DNA of 64,000 nt from Candidatus Sungiibacteriota bacterium. GTDB taxonomy: Bacteria; Patescibacteriota; Minisyncoccia; Sungbacterales; SURF-37. The stretch covers positions 19,302 through 83,301 of the forward strand of contig JACPMF010000007.1 in the NCBI GenBank assembly GCA_016186145.1, given 5' to 3'. Position 1 is the first letter of the stretch, and the number at the start of each line of letters is the position of its first letter. Of the stretch, positions 37,915 through 48,755 are shown piece by piece. The translations under genes were made by a program, and so were the position numbers. The notes under the pieces were generated by a model that saw only the letters and a program-made list of their open reading frames with translations, was not told the DNA's origin and made no database searches.

Positions 37915-40548
37915 CTAACTTAACTCGCCCCAATTTTTCCCTTTCTTGACGTCAACGCCGAGACGCACTCTTCCGCGCCAAACTCCCTCCATTGCGGATT
38001 TAATTTCCAAAAGAACCTCGTCGGCGCTATCCTCTTTTAGCTCGCAGAGCAGCTCGTCATGGATCTGCAAAAGCATGCTGGCTTTCCCCAAAAAACGTTC
38101 CCGGATCAAACCATGAACCTTTATCATGGCTTTTTTCACAACATCCGCGGCCGTACCCTGAATCGGCGTATTGACCGCCATGCGCTCTGCCTCGGATCGA
38201 ATCATCGGATGCGGTGAAACGATTCCCGGCAGCGTGCGCTTCCTGCCGAAGGCTGTTTTGACGAATCCGTGTTCGCGCGCGAACTCTCGGGTGTCCTCGA
38301 TAAATTCAGCAATACCCCGAAAGTCGTTGAAGTATTCCGCAATAAACGTTTCAGCCTCCTCAACAGTAATGCCAGCGGCCTCGGCAAATCCTCTGGCACC
38401 CATGCCATAGAGCACTCCAAAATTCAGCGCCTTGGCTTTCCGGCGCAATTCCGGCGTTACCTTTTCAAGCGGCACATTGTTAACTTCGGCGGCAGTCAAA
38501 GAGTGAATGTCAAAGCCGTTTTCGAACGCCTCGATCATCTTCCTATCATTGGCAAGGTCGGCGGCAATGCGAAGTTCTATCTGCGAATAGTCAAAAGAAA
38601 CAAGCGTCCAGCCCGATTCCGCCGTAAACGCTTTGCGGATTTCCCGGCCAAATTCCGTTTTCACAGGGATATTTTGTAAGTTAGGGTTCTCCGAAGCAAG
38701 GCGTCCGGTTTCGGTTCGTGTTTGGTTAAACGTAGTATGCAAACGACCGTCTTTGCCGACAAACTCGGGCAAAGGGTCAATGTAAGTGGTCTTCAACTTT
38801 GAAAGCTCGCGGTGTCGGATAATCTTTTCAACAATCGGGTGGCGCCCAACGAGTTTCGACAGCTCAGAAAACTTTGTCGAAATCTTACCGCCGCCGGTTT
38901 TCCGGATACCCTTCGTGGTTATGCCCATTTTTTCAAACAGGACTTCCGAAACTTGCTGAGGCGAACTGAGATTAAACTCTACTCCCGCCTCTTTATAAAC
39001 CGCTCCGGTGAGAGATTTGAGTTCTTTGCCAACCTTCATGCCAAGCCCTTTAAGCGGCTCAATGCGGAATCGAATTCCGCGCATTTCCATCTCGGCCAAA
39101 ATAGGAGCAAGCGGAATTTCAATGGCTTCAAAAACATCCCAGAGCCCTTCTTCTTTAAGGCGAACCTCAACTTTCGGCCCGAGTTTCAACAAAGTTTGCA
39201 GTGTTGCCGATACGTCGCCGGAGGGCGGCACACTCCCAAGCTCAGCGCCAGCCAAGCCCTCAAAAGAGTACTCACTTTTCCCGGGATCAAGAAGATGCGC
39301 GGCAAGCACAAAATCAAAAAGTTCTCTTCCTTGAATTCCCTCTGGGAGTAACACTTTGTAAACCGGCTTTGCGCCAAATACATATTTCCGCGTATCGGAT
39401 TCAAAAAATTCTTTTAGCGTTTCGTCAGAAAAATCCCTCCATGAAAACGAAAAAATTTTTCCGTTGGGAAGCATCATGACTATTTTTGACTCTTTTTCCG
39501 CAAACGAGATCGCCGCCGAGGAAACTTTTTTCTGCAACGCCCTTCGAAACGCCGAAACCCCGGGGAACCCCATCGAACTGAAAAGCGCGCCCTGATTTCC
39601 GGCCGGGACTTCATTTTTCTTCGAAACAGGTGCTGCCGCAACTTCTTTCAAGCGTTTCACCAGACTGAAAAACCCGAGATCGCGAAAAAGTTTTTCAACC
39701 GCATCGTCGCGGCGTTCTGCTACTCGAGAAATTTTTTCGAGTCCAAAATCAACCGGTGCGTCTTTTTTGATAGTTGCAAGCTCCCGCGAGAAAAAAGCGT
39801 CTTTTTTGCCCTGAACCAGTTTTTCTTTTACCGCTTCTCTGGCAACCAGCTTTCCGCTCTCAAGCGCCTGATAAAGCTTCTCGAGAGTTTCATAAGGAGC
39901 CAGAAGATCCGATGCGGTTTTCTCGCCAATACCCTTGACGCCGGGAATATTATCGGACGGATCGCCGCGAAGACCTTTATAATCAGGAAGGAATTTCGGC
40001 CCAATGCCGAACCTTGATCGCACCGCTTTCTCATCGTAAAGAACGGTATCGGAAACGCCTTTTCTCATGGTCCACACTTTTGTCTTCGGACCAACCAGCT
40101 GTAAAGTATCCATGTCGCCGGTAACAATAATAATTTCAACCTCCGGGTGTTTTTTTTGAGTCCTCTCGACGGCAGTTCCGATAACGTCATCGGCCTCAAA
40201 CCCTTCATTCTCGAAAACCGAAACGCCAAAAGCGGCGAGAACCTCTTTCACCCTTGGAATTTGCGCGTAAAGCTCGTCAGGGGCTTTTACCCGTGTCGCT
40301 TTATACTCTTTATATGCCTCGTGCCTGAAAGTCGGCTTGGGAGTATCAAACGCCGCAACAACATAGTCCGGCCTCTCCTCGCGAAGAATCCGGAGAAGGA
40401 TGGTTGTAAACCCATACACGGCATTCGTCGGCTCGCCCAAAGGCGATGTCAACGGCGGCAAAGCATGAAAAGCGCGATGGATGATAGCGTTGGCGTCAAT
40501 AAGAACTAATTTCTTTTTCGTCTTTTTGATTTTAAATTGTTTTGCCAT
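37915..40548 (-). CDS. polA: DNA polymerase I
   Basis: 5'-3' exonuclease (EADD, GDPSDNIPGV), DYSQIELR, K..NFG..YG, QIHDEL. Confidence 0.98.
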   Translation of the reverse strand: MAKQFKIKKTKKKLVLIDANAIIHRAFHALPPLTSPLGEPTNAVYGFTTILLRILREERPDYVVAAFDTPKPTFRHEAYKEYKATRVKAPDELYAQIPRVKEVLAAFGVSVFENEGFEADDVIGTAVERTQKKHPEVEIIIVTGDMDTLQLVGPKTKVWTMRKGVSDTVLYDEKAVRSRFGIGPKFLPDYKGLRGDPSDNIPGVKGIGEKTASDLLAPYETLEKLYQALESGKLVAREAVKEKLVQGKKDAFFSRELATIKKDAPVDFGLEKISRVAERRDDAVEKLFRDLGFFSLVKRLKEVAAAPVSKKNEVPAGNQGALFSSMGFPGVSAFRRALQKKVSSAAISFAEKESKIVMMLPNGKIFSFSWRDFSDETLKEFFESDTRKYVFGAKPVYKVLLPEGIQGRELFDFVLAAHLLDPGKSEYSFEGLAGAELGSVPPSGDVSATLQTLLKLGPKVEVRLKEEGLWDVFEAIEIPLAPILAEMEMRGIRFRIEPLKGLGMKVGKELKSLTGAVYKEAGVEFNLSSPQQVSEVLFEKMGITTKGIRKTGGGKISTKFSELSKLVGRHPIVEKIIRHRELSKLKTTYIDPLPEFVGKDGRLHTTFNQTRTETGRLASENPNLQNIPVKTEFGREIRKAFTAESGWTLVSFDYSQIELRIAADLANDRKMIEAFENGFDIHSLTAAEVNNVPLEKVTPELRRKAKALNFGVLYGMGARGFAEAAGITVEEAETFIAEYFNDFRGIAEFIEDTREFAREHGFVKTAFGRKRTLPGIVSPHPMIRSEAERMAVNTPIQGTAADVVKKAMIKVHGLIRERFLGKASMLLQIHDELLCELKEDSADEVLLEIKSAMEGVWRGRVRLGVDVKKGKNWGELS

Positions 40549-40602
40549 GCCAAACTAAAAAGTAAAAATGAAAAAGGAAAAATCAAAATGTAAAACTAAA
40601 AA

Positions 40603-40974
40603 CTACCGTCGGCCCTTGATAGTGAGAATGCTGGCACCAAGAATGTTGGCTATCTCAATAAGCTCGTTGAGCAGGAATTCTATTTCTTGTCTGTTGCCGC
40701 GGCCAGTATCACGGAGAACAGCCAACCAAAATCTGGATTCATTGGCCGACTTTAGCGCATGATGCAAGAAATTTGCGAAATCTTTTTTAGAGCTTGCTGC
40801 TTGGGCTTCTATATAGTTTGCTCCCACACTCCCGCCGCTACGAAATAATTGATCAACAATTCTCTGTGTAATAGTGTCTTTAGGAGCTGAATCAAGAAAT
40901 TTGATTAGACGTAGTACCCAAATATAAATGCGGCGCTTAAATTCAGTTTTGAATTTTTCCTTGTCGTTTTTCAT
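40603..40974 (-). CDS. Four-helix-bundle (23S IVP/S23-like) protein
   Basis: QL.RSG.SVGANY.EA..SS.KDF..A.KSANE..FWL; flanked by inverted heptamer arrays. Confidence 0.9.
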   Translation of the reverse strand: MKNDKEKFKTEFKRRIYIWVLRLIKFLDSAPKDTITQRIVDQLFRSGGSVGANYIEAQAASSKKDFANFLHHALKSANESRFWLAVLRDTGRGNRQEIEFLLNELIEIANILGASILTIKGRR

Positions 40975-40991
40975 TTTTAATTTTTACCTTT

Positions 40992-41441
40992 TCATTTAAT
41001 AATGATGTGCCTATGTCCTCTTCCCTTATGCTTCAACTCTACCCACAGCGCATCTTTTGGAATATGCTTTTTTATCTTCTCCGGCCACTCAACCGCAACA
41101 AAGTTTTGCGCATCGTCGAAAACCCCATTAAACCAGGATGCCGCCGGCTCTTTTTTGCCGCCAAGACGGTACGCGTCAATATGAACCAGAACGCGCCAGG
41201 GCATACCGCGTTTTTTCACCTTGTATTTTTTCGCGATAACGAAAGTCGGACTCTGAACTTTTTCTGAAACGCCGAGCGCCTTCCCGAGACCCTGAACAAG
41301 CGTGGTCTTTCCTGTTCCAAGCTCGCCGGAAAGAGCAACGACTGCTGCCGTTCCGATTTTTGAAAAATCTTTTTTAAGTTTTTTAATGACAAAACGAGCG
41401 ACCCTTTTGGTTTCAACGGGATTTTTGGTGCGATACCTCAT
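40992..41441 (-). CDS. tsaE: t6A biosynthesis ATPase TsaE
   Basis: GELGTGKTT, SPTF, HIDAYRL, VEWPE. Confidence 0.95.
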   Translation of the reverse strand: MRYRTKNPVETKRVARFVIKKLKKDFSKIGTAAVVALSGELGTGKTTLVQGLGKALGVSEKVQSPTFVIAKKYKVKKRGMPWRVLVHIDAYRLGGKKEPAASWFNGVFDDAQNFVAVEWPEKIKKHIPKDALWVELKHKGRGHRHIIIK

Positions 41442-41536
41442 CGGCTTAAGCGTAACAAAAATTGAGGGCAAACCCCAACGCCAATAAAAAATCCCGACCG
41501 CGCGCGGCCGGGAACGAAAACCAAAACGTTGCCTCG

Positions 41537-42472
41537 TTACTCTCCCTTTTTCAACTCCTCGTCAGTAAGGTCATGGAACGAATCGGGGTGTTCAAGGTCG
41601 AATTTTGTCACATGCTGAAGATGATGCGGATCGAATCCCGCTTGACGGATTTCTTGGATCAGCGCGCGAAACTCCGCCCTGTCCTTAACTGCCGTTGCCC
41701 CGGCCCGGCGCGGAAGCTGGCGATCAAATACGATTTTTGATCCCCTCTTGACCTCTGCCCCGTTTCCCCGCCCATCGCTGTAAAACTGCGAGAGAACAAG
41801 GATGCGAGTGCCAACGTACACGGCCTCTTCAAGGTCGTGCGTGACAAAAAAAATCGTCATCTCGAACCGTTCCCAGAGTTCCAGCAAAAACACCTGAAGG
41901 TGTTCCCGCACTCCGGGGTCCAGCGCGCCAAACGGCTCGTCCATCAAAAGGATCTTCGGCTTCATGATCAGGGCTTGCGCCAGCGCTACCCGCTGCTGCA
42001 TGCCGCCGGAAAGCTCGTGAGGAAACTTATCTTTGTGTTCCGCAAGTTTGACTGCCTCGATGTAGAACATCGCTTCATCGTGAAATTCTCTACTCTTCCC
42101 AAGCGACCCCAGAATCCCATGCCCTAACCGCCTTCCAAAAACTACATTGTCAAACACCGTCAGAAACGGATAGAGCGAGTATTGCTGGTACACGATACCC
42201 CGGTCAACACTTGGGAAACCAACCGGCTTTCCACCGACCGAGACCTCGCCCGAAGTCGGGCGCTCTTCACCGAGAACCAATCGGAAAAGCGTTGACTTTC
42301 CGCACCCCGAGGGGCCGACCAAAGAACAAAGTTCTCCGCCGCGGACGGCGAGATCAACATTGTCAAGAACAACTTTCGGGCCATACGCCTTGTATACATC
42401 CTTGAGAAAAAGCACGCTCGCCCTTCGAAGCTCGTCGGCCGTTTTGATCATCCTCATCCCCCTATGACTCAC
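41537..42472 (-). CDS. NitT/TauT family ABC ATPase
   Basis: [29 protein letters not shown]. Confidence 0.95.
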   Translation of the reverse strand: MSHRGMRMIKTADELRRASVLFLKDVYKAYGPKVVLDNVDLAVRGGELCSLVGPSGCGKSTLFRLVLGEERPTSGEVSVGGKPVGFPSVDRGIVYQQYSLYPFLTVFDNVVFGRRLGHGILGSLGKSREFHDEAMFYIEAVKLAEHKDKFPHELSGGMQQRVALAQALIMKPKILLMDEPFGALDPGVREHLQVFLLELWERFEMTIFFVTHDLEEAVYVGTRILVLSQFYSDGRGNGAEVKRGSKIVFDRQLPRRAGATAVKDRAEFRALIQEIRQAGFDPHHLQHVTKFDLEHPDSFHDLTDEELKKGE

Positions 42473-43331
42473 GAACCACGAAATACCAGGGATACTTCCA
42501 ACGCATATAAGTCCTTAACAGCCAATCTGCTGCAAAACCGAGAAATGTGATAAGCAAGACATACGGGATGATCACATCCATTGCCTGATAGCGGCGTACG
42601 AGATAAATGCGGTATCCCAGCCCCTCGCTTGCCGCAAACGCTTCGGCGGCAAGGAGAAAAAGCCATGCCGGCCCTAAAGAGAGCCGGACAGATTCGATCA
42701 GCCGAGGCATTACTTGCGGAAAAACAACCCTATACACAACACCAAGCGGCGATGCCCCAAGAGTTAACGCCTTCGTAATGTGTTCTTTCGGAAGTTTGCA
42801 TGCGGCAAGATGCACATCAAGCGACATCACCCACGCCGTGCCGATGAAAATCAAAACAACTTTCACCGTCTCGTGAACGCCGAATGCAACCAAAAGAATC
42901 GGGAGAATGGCAAGCGGCGGAACGATTGACAAAAATTTCGTAAACGGCAGAAGAAGCGCGCGAAACCCGGGGAAACATCCCTGATTCAACCCCAGGAAAA
43001 GAGCGCTAAGCGCGGCAAGCGCCATGCCCATGCCGAGGCGCCTCAAGCTTGAAAGAGTATCCTGAAGAAGAATGTAGTGCCCAGTGCGTAAATCTTCGGT
43101 TGCTACTAACTCCTTAACCGCTTCTGCCATTTTCATAACAGAGGGAAGATATTTATAGTCAGGATTCTCCTTAAGACGAATGTCAGATGCGATAAGATAA
43201 ACGCTTACCAAAACAGCAAACGGTACCAAAGCGAGAAACCAGTTCAAATACCTCCCTGGTCCGGCATGAAGCCCCCAAAAGCACGGGTTTCTCCTGCGGC
43301 GTTCCCAGAAATTCATTAGCTTTTCTCGCAT
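42462..43331 (-). CDS. NitT/TauT family ABC permease
   Basis: PPLA.LP, A.TLGA, W.FL.AAE, GLGYRI. Confidence 0.92.
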   Translation of the reverse strand: MREKLMNFWERRRRNPCFWGLHAGPGRYLNWFLALVPFAVLVSVYLIASDIRLKENPDYKYLPSVMKMAEAVKELVATEDLRTGHYILLQDTLSSLRRLGMGMALAALSALFLGLNQGCFPGFRALLLPFTKFLSIVPPLAILPILLVAFGVHETVKVVLIFIGTAWVMSLDVHLAACKLPKEHITKALTLGASPLGVVYRVVFPQVMPRLIESVRLSLGPAWLFLLAAEAFAASEGLGYRIYLVRRYQAMDVIIPYVLLITFLGFAADWLLRTYMRWKYPWYFVVRES

Positions 43332-43501
43332 CAATGCCTCCTGTTTTTCTTGTAAAGGTGCTTTTTCACTTTCGCGAGCATAACATAGAATTTAACAAGC
43401 GTCAAATTGACTTTAATAAACAGCTGTGGTACATATTACATATAGTTCCCTTTGTGTCGTGTCGGCGAAGGCGCAGACCCTAAAAACCCTGGAGGGTAGA
43501 C

Positions 43502-43759
43502 GTGAAAAGAGTTAACGTTACCGAAACCTTTGTTATCTTAATCGCCCTTGCGCTTGCTGGCTGCCACGGAGAAGAAGACTGGACAGGAGAAGTGCGGCTC
43601 ACCAACGGCACGACCCTTTCCTGTCCTGCAAGTGTTGACTTCAGCGGGGACCCAATTTCTTGTTATCAAAGCTCAACCACTGAAAATCATACGCCGATTA
43701 CCGTCCCTCGCAACCAGGTTTCTGAAATCCTTGTACGAAATAAAAAGACCTTGAAATAG
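43502..43759 (+). CDS. Small lipoprotein
   Basis: LAGC lipobox, GGAGG SD, TTGACT-17-TACATT promoter, terminator. Confidence 0.7.
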   Translation: MKRVNVTETFVILIALALAGCHGEEDWTGEVRLTNGTTLSCPASVDFSGDPISCYQSSTTENHTPITVPRNQVSEILVRNKKTLK

Positions 43760-43847
43760 ATCAGCCGCGGTCCTCCAAAAAAGGACCGTTTTTTTATAAA
43801 AAAGCCCCGCTATCAAAGCGGAGCGTAATCGTATCTAAAGAACTTCT

Positions 43848-44915
43848 TTACAGCTTCCCTTCAGCGGCAAGCTGTACGTATGTTGAATTGAACCGAAGCT
43901 TCACATTCTTGGAGTTGCCCATGACCGAGCCGTCAGGGAACTGAATCCCGACATGATCAGGCGACTTCCCCTTGTAAAGCCCCTTCTTGTGGGAGAACGT
44001 GCGCACGAGATCCATCGTGCGCTTCAGTTCCGGGCTCTTGGTGAAAGCCGCGGCATCAGCCGCCCGATAAAACATGGCAGTAGTCGCAAGCTGCGCTTCG
44101 AACTCTGCCGGCGTCGCACCGGCCTGCTTGGCCATGAATTCCCGAGCCTTCTTCGCCTCGGGACCCCGACCGGACATCACCGCCATGGTTTCGTACCATG
44201 CCCCAACGAGCGCTCGCTTCACATTGTCAGGAGTATCAGTACGGACCACGAGCATGTCGATGATCTCGCCGGGAATCTTCGAAGAATCGAACACCATCTT
44301 CACCTTCGAATCGTTCCGCACCAGCATGAGGTGCGGGTTCCAGGTGACAATCGCCGCGTTCGGAGCGGAATCGTTTCGAAACGCAGCAACGATATCGGCC
44401 TCATCCGTATTCAGGAGAGTAACATCGCGCGGAGAAACACCGCCGCCGACAATCTCGAGCCCCCGGTAAAGGAGATACGTCGAGACAGAATCGTCGACGA
44501 TGTATGCCCGACGACCCTTCAGGTCGGCAAGCGTAGCGCCGTTACGAAGCACCACGCCGTCATTGCCATTTGAGAAGTCACCAACGATGAGAGCCGTCGA
44601 GTCGACGCCTCCAAGCGCAGGACCGATCAAAACGTCCATGTTTGTGATAGCGATGCCGCAGGCGTTCCCCGAAGCGTAACTGTCAATCGTTGCGCCATAG
44701 CTCGCGAAATGAAGTTCGACATTCGCCTTGTGCTTTTGGGCATGCTTCTTCAGTATGCCCGAAGCCTCCATATAGCCCCAAGGTTCCCAACCGGTATACC
44801 GTGACCATTCAACGCGGCACGGCTTCCCTTGAGCAGATACCCCCGAATTCATGAAAACCGCCGCAAGGAAAATCACGAGAATCACTCCGAGAGAAATCGC
44901 CGTCGTCTTCTTCAT
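43848..44915 (-). CDS. ABC substrate-binding protein (urea-carboxylase-region type, TIGR03427-like)
   Basis: Signal peptide, WS.YTGW.PW, DFSNGNDG, VTWNP, IPGEIID. Confidence 0.8.
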   Translation of the reverse strand: MKKTTAISLGVILVIFLAAVFMNSGVSAQGKPCRVEWSRYTGWEPWGYMEASGILKKHAQKHKANVELHFASYGATIDSYASGNACGIAITNMDVLIGPALGGVDSTALIVGDFSNGNDGVVLRNGATLADLKGRRAYIVDDSVSTYLLYRGLEIVGGGVSPRDVTLLNTDEADIVAAFRNDSAPNAAIVTWNPHLMLVRNDSKVKMVFDSSKIPGEIIDMLVVRTDTPDNVKRALVGAWYETMAVMSGRGPEAKKAREFMAKQAGATPAEFEAQLATTAMFYRAADAAAFTKSPELKRTMDLVRTFSHKKGLYKGKSPDHVGIQFPDGSVMGNSKNVKLRFNSTYVQLAAEGKL

Positions 44916-44969
44916 CCCTGTTCCCTCCTTTTTGGGTTTGGGTGGTTTTTATATGTAAGCAATCAAAGA

Positions 44970-46211
44970 CTACTCAAGATCGATGTTAATCCGCGGCCGT
45001 GCAGCTTTCCCCTTCTCCATGTCTTGGATCGCGTGTTCTGCATCGGTAGTAAGCTGGTCAAGATCCTTAATGCTCTGCGCCATCTTCGGCAGAGACTCGA
45101 CGCGGAATCGCTGGATATCTTCAAGCGCTCCACGGATATCGGCAAACGCCGTCTTCATGACTTCAACCGGAATCATCTCGCCGGATGCAACCTTCTGAAT
45201 TTCAACGCCCTGCTTCCGAAGCCGTGCCGCAGTCCTCTTGATGAGTTCCGCGGTCGATTGGTTCACCGCAAGTAGCTTGTCGAGCTGCACCTGCTGATGG
45301 GCAAGGGCGATAGTCAGCGTCGTTGCCACCGTCAAACCGCTAATGGTCGAGGTGAGCGCAAGATCAATGCCGCGAATGAGTTCATGGTTCGTATCGACAA
45401 TCGTCTCATAAGCGATCACGCCCATCTGGTTGATACCGAGCTGCGTCTGAAGCGCCATCACTCGCTGACGAAGCGGGAACAAAAGCTCTTTCTGAATGAA
45501 AACGCGCTGCGAGTCGCTCTCGCCAAGCGTCCCGATCTTTGCTTCAAAATGCTTATCCATGAGCATGCCGACCTTGACGAGCTTTTGCAGCTTCAGAGTA
45601 AGCTCGCGCATTTCAATCTGATCCGCGCGAAGAATTTCGCAATCGCGCGCAAGCTGGCCTTTGCCGGTCCGGAGAGAACGCGCGATATCGTCGATGACCG
45701 TACGCGCCTCTTCAAACTGGATGAAATACGCCTTCACCCTGTCGCCAAGAACAGGAGTTCGGCCAAGCATCCGGCTAAACCATCCGCCCTCAAAATCCCA
45801 TTGGTTCGGATCGTGCTCTTCAACCTGGATCTTCAGGTCCGTCAGGACCTTAGCAACGTCGACAACGGCGTCTCCATCCTTCACGGTACGATCCAGCCTC
45901 GCCAAACGCTTGATCGGCTCGCGCAGCATCTCGGACTTGCGAGCAGAAGCGTTGACCACCTCAAGACCCATATTGTCTACCGCTTCCCGATTCGCGGCTT
46001 GCGCCTTGAAATCTTCCGCCTTGATACTCATCAGTTCAGTGGCATATTTCTCCGCAAGAGCAACGAGTTTCGGGTCTTCCTCGAGCCCGACATGAAGCTC
46101 CTTCGGGTCAACGAGACCGAGATCCTTCTTTAGCTGACTCTGATCCACGGCCTTTAGGGACTGAACGGACGGGTCTTCCGTAACAACGGTTTGCTGAACC
46201 TGTGCTGGCAC
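44970..46211 (-). CDS. TelA/KlaB toxic anion resistance protein
   Basis: Long helical protein; YF.QFE, LF.LRQR..L.TQL.., N.ELIRG. Confidence 0.85.
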   Translation of the reverse strand: MPAQVQQTVVTEDPSVQSLKAVDQSQLKKDLGLVDPKELHVGLEEDPKLVALAEKYATELMSIKAEDFKAQAANREAVDNMGLEVVNASARKSEMLREPIKRLARLDRTVKDGDAVVDVAKVLTDLKIQVEEHDPNQWDFEGGWFSRMLGRTPVLGDRVKAYFIQFEEARTVIDDIARSLRTGKGQLARDCEILRADQIEMRELTLKLQKLVKVGMLMDKHFEAKIGTLGESDSQRVFIQKELLFPLRQRVMALQTQLGINQMGVIAYETIVDTNHELIRGIDLALTSTISGLTVATTLTIALAHQQVQLDKLLAVNQSTAELIKRTAARLRKQGVEIQKVASGEMIPVEVMKTAFADIRGALEDIQRFRVESLPKMAQSIKDLDQLTTDAEHAIQDMEKGKAARPRINIDLE

Positions 46212-46236
46212 GGCCTCCTCCTTCTTTTTCCTTTTT

Positions 46237-47157
46237 CTACTTTTTCACGCCGCTCTTTTCGTCATCAGCGTCTGCACGAATAAAAGAATCTCCGGTACTG
46301 CCTCGTGCGCGGCGGATAAGCGACTCCAGCTCTTCGCGCGCGGTCTCAACATCAAGGGTTGCCTCTCCACCCGTTCTCATCTGGGCAACCGCAAAGCGCG
46401 TTCGGTCAAGCTGTGTGAGCGCTTCTTCATTCCTCGTAAGGAGGACATTAATCTTCTCAAGCTGTTCCTCATGCACAAGCTTGCTTACCTTCAATGTTTC
46501 AACTTCTTCCTGATCGGCCTTTTGCAAAACCTTCATCCGCTCGAGTTTCTTCAAACGGTCGGTGATATACCTCATGTCGGTCGCATCAATGCTTTTCAGG
46601 AGATTCGCGATTTCGCGAAGATTGTCAAGAATCGCAAGATACAGCTGCTCGGCTGTTCCTAAGAAACGGCCGAACATCAGCTCTCCCTGGCTCAACTTAT
46701 CCGAAAGAATTTCGTGAAGGGCGTTAAACCCTCGCTCTGCAAGAGCAAACTGCTGAACACCTTGTTCCGCGTATTCGCTCCCAGCCCCTTCCGACTTGCT
46801 GAATGCGGCCAGTTCTCTCGTGAGCCGCTCCAGAACACCTTTCCGCTCGGCAATCATCTGCTCGCGGAGCTTCCGGATGTAATGGTTCGCAATCGAATCT
46901 TTCCTGAAGTAGTTAAACACCCAGCTGGAAAGACCGAGGCCGGTGCCACCCGCAGCGATGACGACAAACAAAAGCGACGGCTCAAGCACTGCCAAAGCCA
47001 ACGCGCCTATCAAACCGAGCGGAATCGTCACCATGGCAAAACCGTTCTCAAAAATCTTCTTCCGAACTGCCTTTGCTACCGACCCGCTTGAAAAATCGAC
47101 GGGTCCCGCCCGGGGCGCATCAACAGCTGGTATGTTTTTCTTCGCCACGCATATCAC
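46237..47157 (-). CDS. Two-TM coiled-coil partner of TelA (XpaC-like position)
   Basis: 2 TM plus helical domain immediately upstream of telA. Confidence 0.6.
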   Translation of the reverse strand: MICVAKKNIPAVDAPRAGPVDFSSGSVAKAVRKKIFENGFAMVTIPLGLIGALALAVLEPSLLFVVIAAGGTGLGLSSWVFNYFRKDSIANHYIRKLREQMIAERKGVLERLTRELAAFSKSEGAGSEYAEQGVQQFALAERGFNALHEILSDKLSQGELMFGRFLGTAEQLYLAILDNLREIANLLKSIDATDMRYITDRLKKLERMKVLQKADQEEVETLKVSKLVHEEQLEKINVLLTRNEEALTQLDRTRFAVAQMRTGGEATLDVETAREELESLIRRARGSTGDSFIRADADDEKSGVKK

Positions 47158-47166
47158 CCCCTTCTT

Positions 47167-48647
47167 TTAGTACGTCTCGGACATCAACAGCAGTTCCACG
47201 CGCGGGAGCCGATAACTGTACGCCCGGTCATTCGGTGACTCACCGGGCAGCAACGGCAGAGGCTCGTCAGAGCCCATACCAACCGCCTTAATCCGGTTCG
47301 TATCAATGGAGTAAGTTACCATAAGATACCGAGCAACGCTTTCTGCCCGTTCATGCGAGAGCTTCTTGTTCTCTGCCGGGTCTCCGGCAAGAGCAGTATG
47401 CCCTTTCACCAAGACGCGGAACTTCGGATAGTGACGAAGCTTTTCCACCGAGGCGTCAATCTTCTCTTTTTCCTGAAGATGAAGTTCGCCGCGGCCTGTT
47501 TGGAATACAACCGGCTCGATCTTCAAAGCGCCAACCGGCTTCAACGAAGCCCAGCCGGCATCGTTAAGCGGAGAAAACGCGGCTTTCAGAGAATCTTCGG
47601 AGGGAACGGGCGATTTCGCGCCGACGTCCATGAATCCGGACGCGCTTGAAAGAAGAAGGTCCTCGATGGGCTTCTTGTAGGTAAGGCGATACGGATCTTT
47701 GTCGGGAATCGGATTCGACGAAAAATCTTTGCTTGCGACGAGAATCTTTACCGTAGCTTCAATCGCCGTAATCAGTCCCGCGTCCGCTCCCCCTCCGACG
47801 CCAAACCATTTCTGGCCGTTATCGGTGAGCGACGCCCACTGGACGCCCTTCAGCATTGCTTTCACGGCGTCCGAAGAGAGTTTAGTCTCTTTCGCGACTT
47901 CCTGCTCAAGAAGAGCGGGGTTATCGCGATAATTCTTCAGCACCCGGAAATACGTCCCCAGTAAAAGGTTTATCGCCTCAGGATTGTTCGCCGCGAATTT
48001 CCGGCCAACCAAAAGAATGTCAACAATCAATCGCTCGGTATTCTCCGTGCCAAGAAGTTTAACCACGCCCTTTTGAGAAAGCGCCTTGGAAACGTCCGGC
48101 TCCCAGAGCACTGCGACTTCGACCTTGCGGCCGGAGAGCTTTTGCAACGCATCGGAAGATCCGTCGGTCTCAACCCGCCGCGCGCCGGTCACCAGAAGCT
48201 GCGGCACGTCAAAATGTTCTGCCGTTGCTTTTATCAAATGGTGGCTCGGAGAGTTCGGGGTAAATCCGACCTTGAAATCATTCCGCTTCTTGAGGGCCTC
48301 AAGATTCGACGCAACATCCTGCCACGCAAGAATGGCGTCACCGCCCTTTGATTCGTCGACAACGGCGATTATCGCGCCGGGAAACTTCCGGGGCGCGGCA
48401 TTCAGGATGTATGAATCGACCGTCGCCACCGCAAAATCAATCTCGCCCTTATCAAGACGTTCAACCCGCTTTGCATAGTCGGCCTTATCATCTTCGCACT
48501 GGAGCAACCATCCTGCGGAACGCACTTCGTAGCACTTGCGTCACTCGTCGCCAGATGCTGGCGTTCCTGCCAGATCGGCTTTCCGAAACGAACCCCGACA
48601 ACGATCAAAACACCCAACACGAAAATCAGTATCGCAACCTTCCGCAT
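47167..48647 (-). pseudogene. SBP (NMT1-like) plus OmpA-C fusion, frameshifted near 48525
   Basis: TM-bearing N-terminus (from 48647) and body (DESKGGD, GHT..N..LS.ERA..V, RVE) are in different frames. Confidence 0.75.
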
Positions 48648-48755
48648 GTGCGAACCCCCTCATTCCTTATTTCCCTTATTAAATTGACAAAATTACTGCA
48701 TTAATCTGTAGCATAAACTCTACATTCTGTCAAGAAAAAAGAGGGCTTTGCCCTC

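Noticed and set aside
48515-48535. Programmed ribosomal frameshift in the second SBP-OmpA gene
   Set aside because: No slippery sequence or stimulatory structure; a deletion is the simpler explanation.
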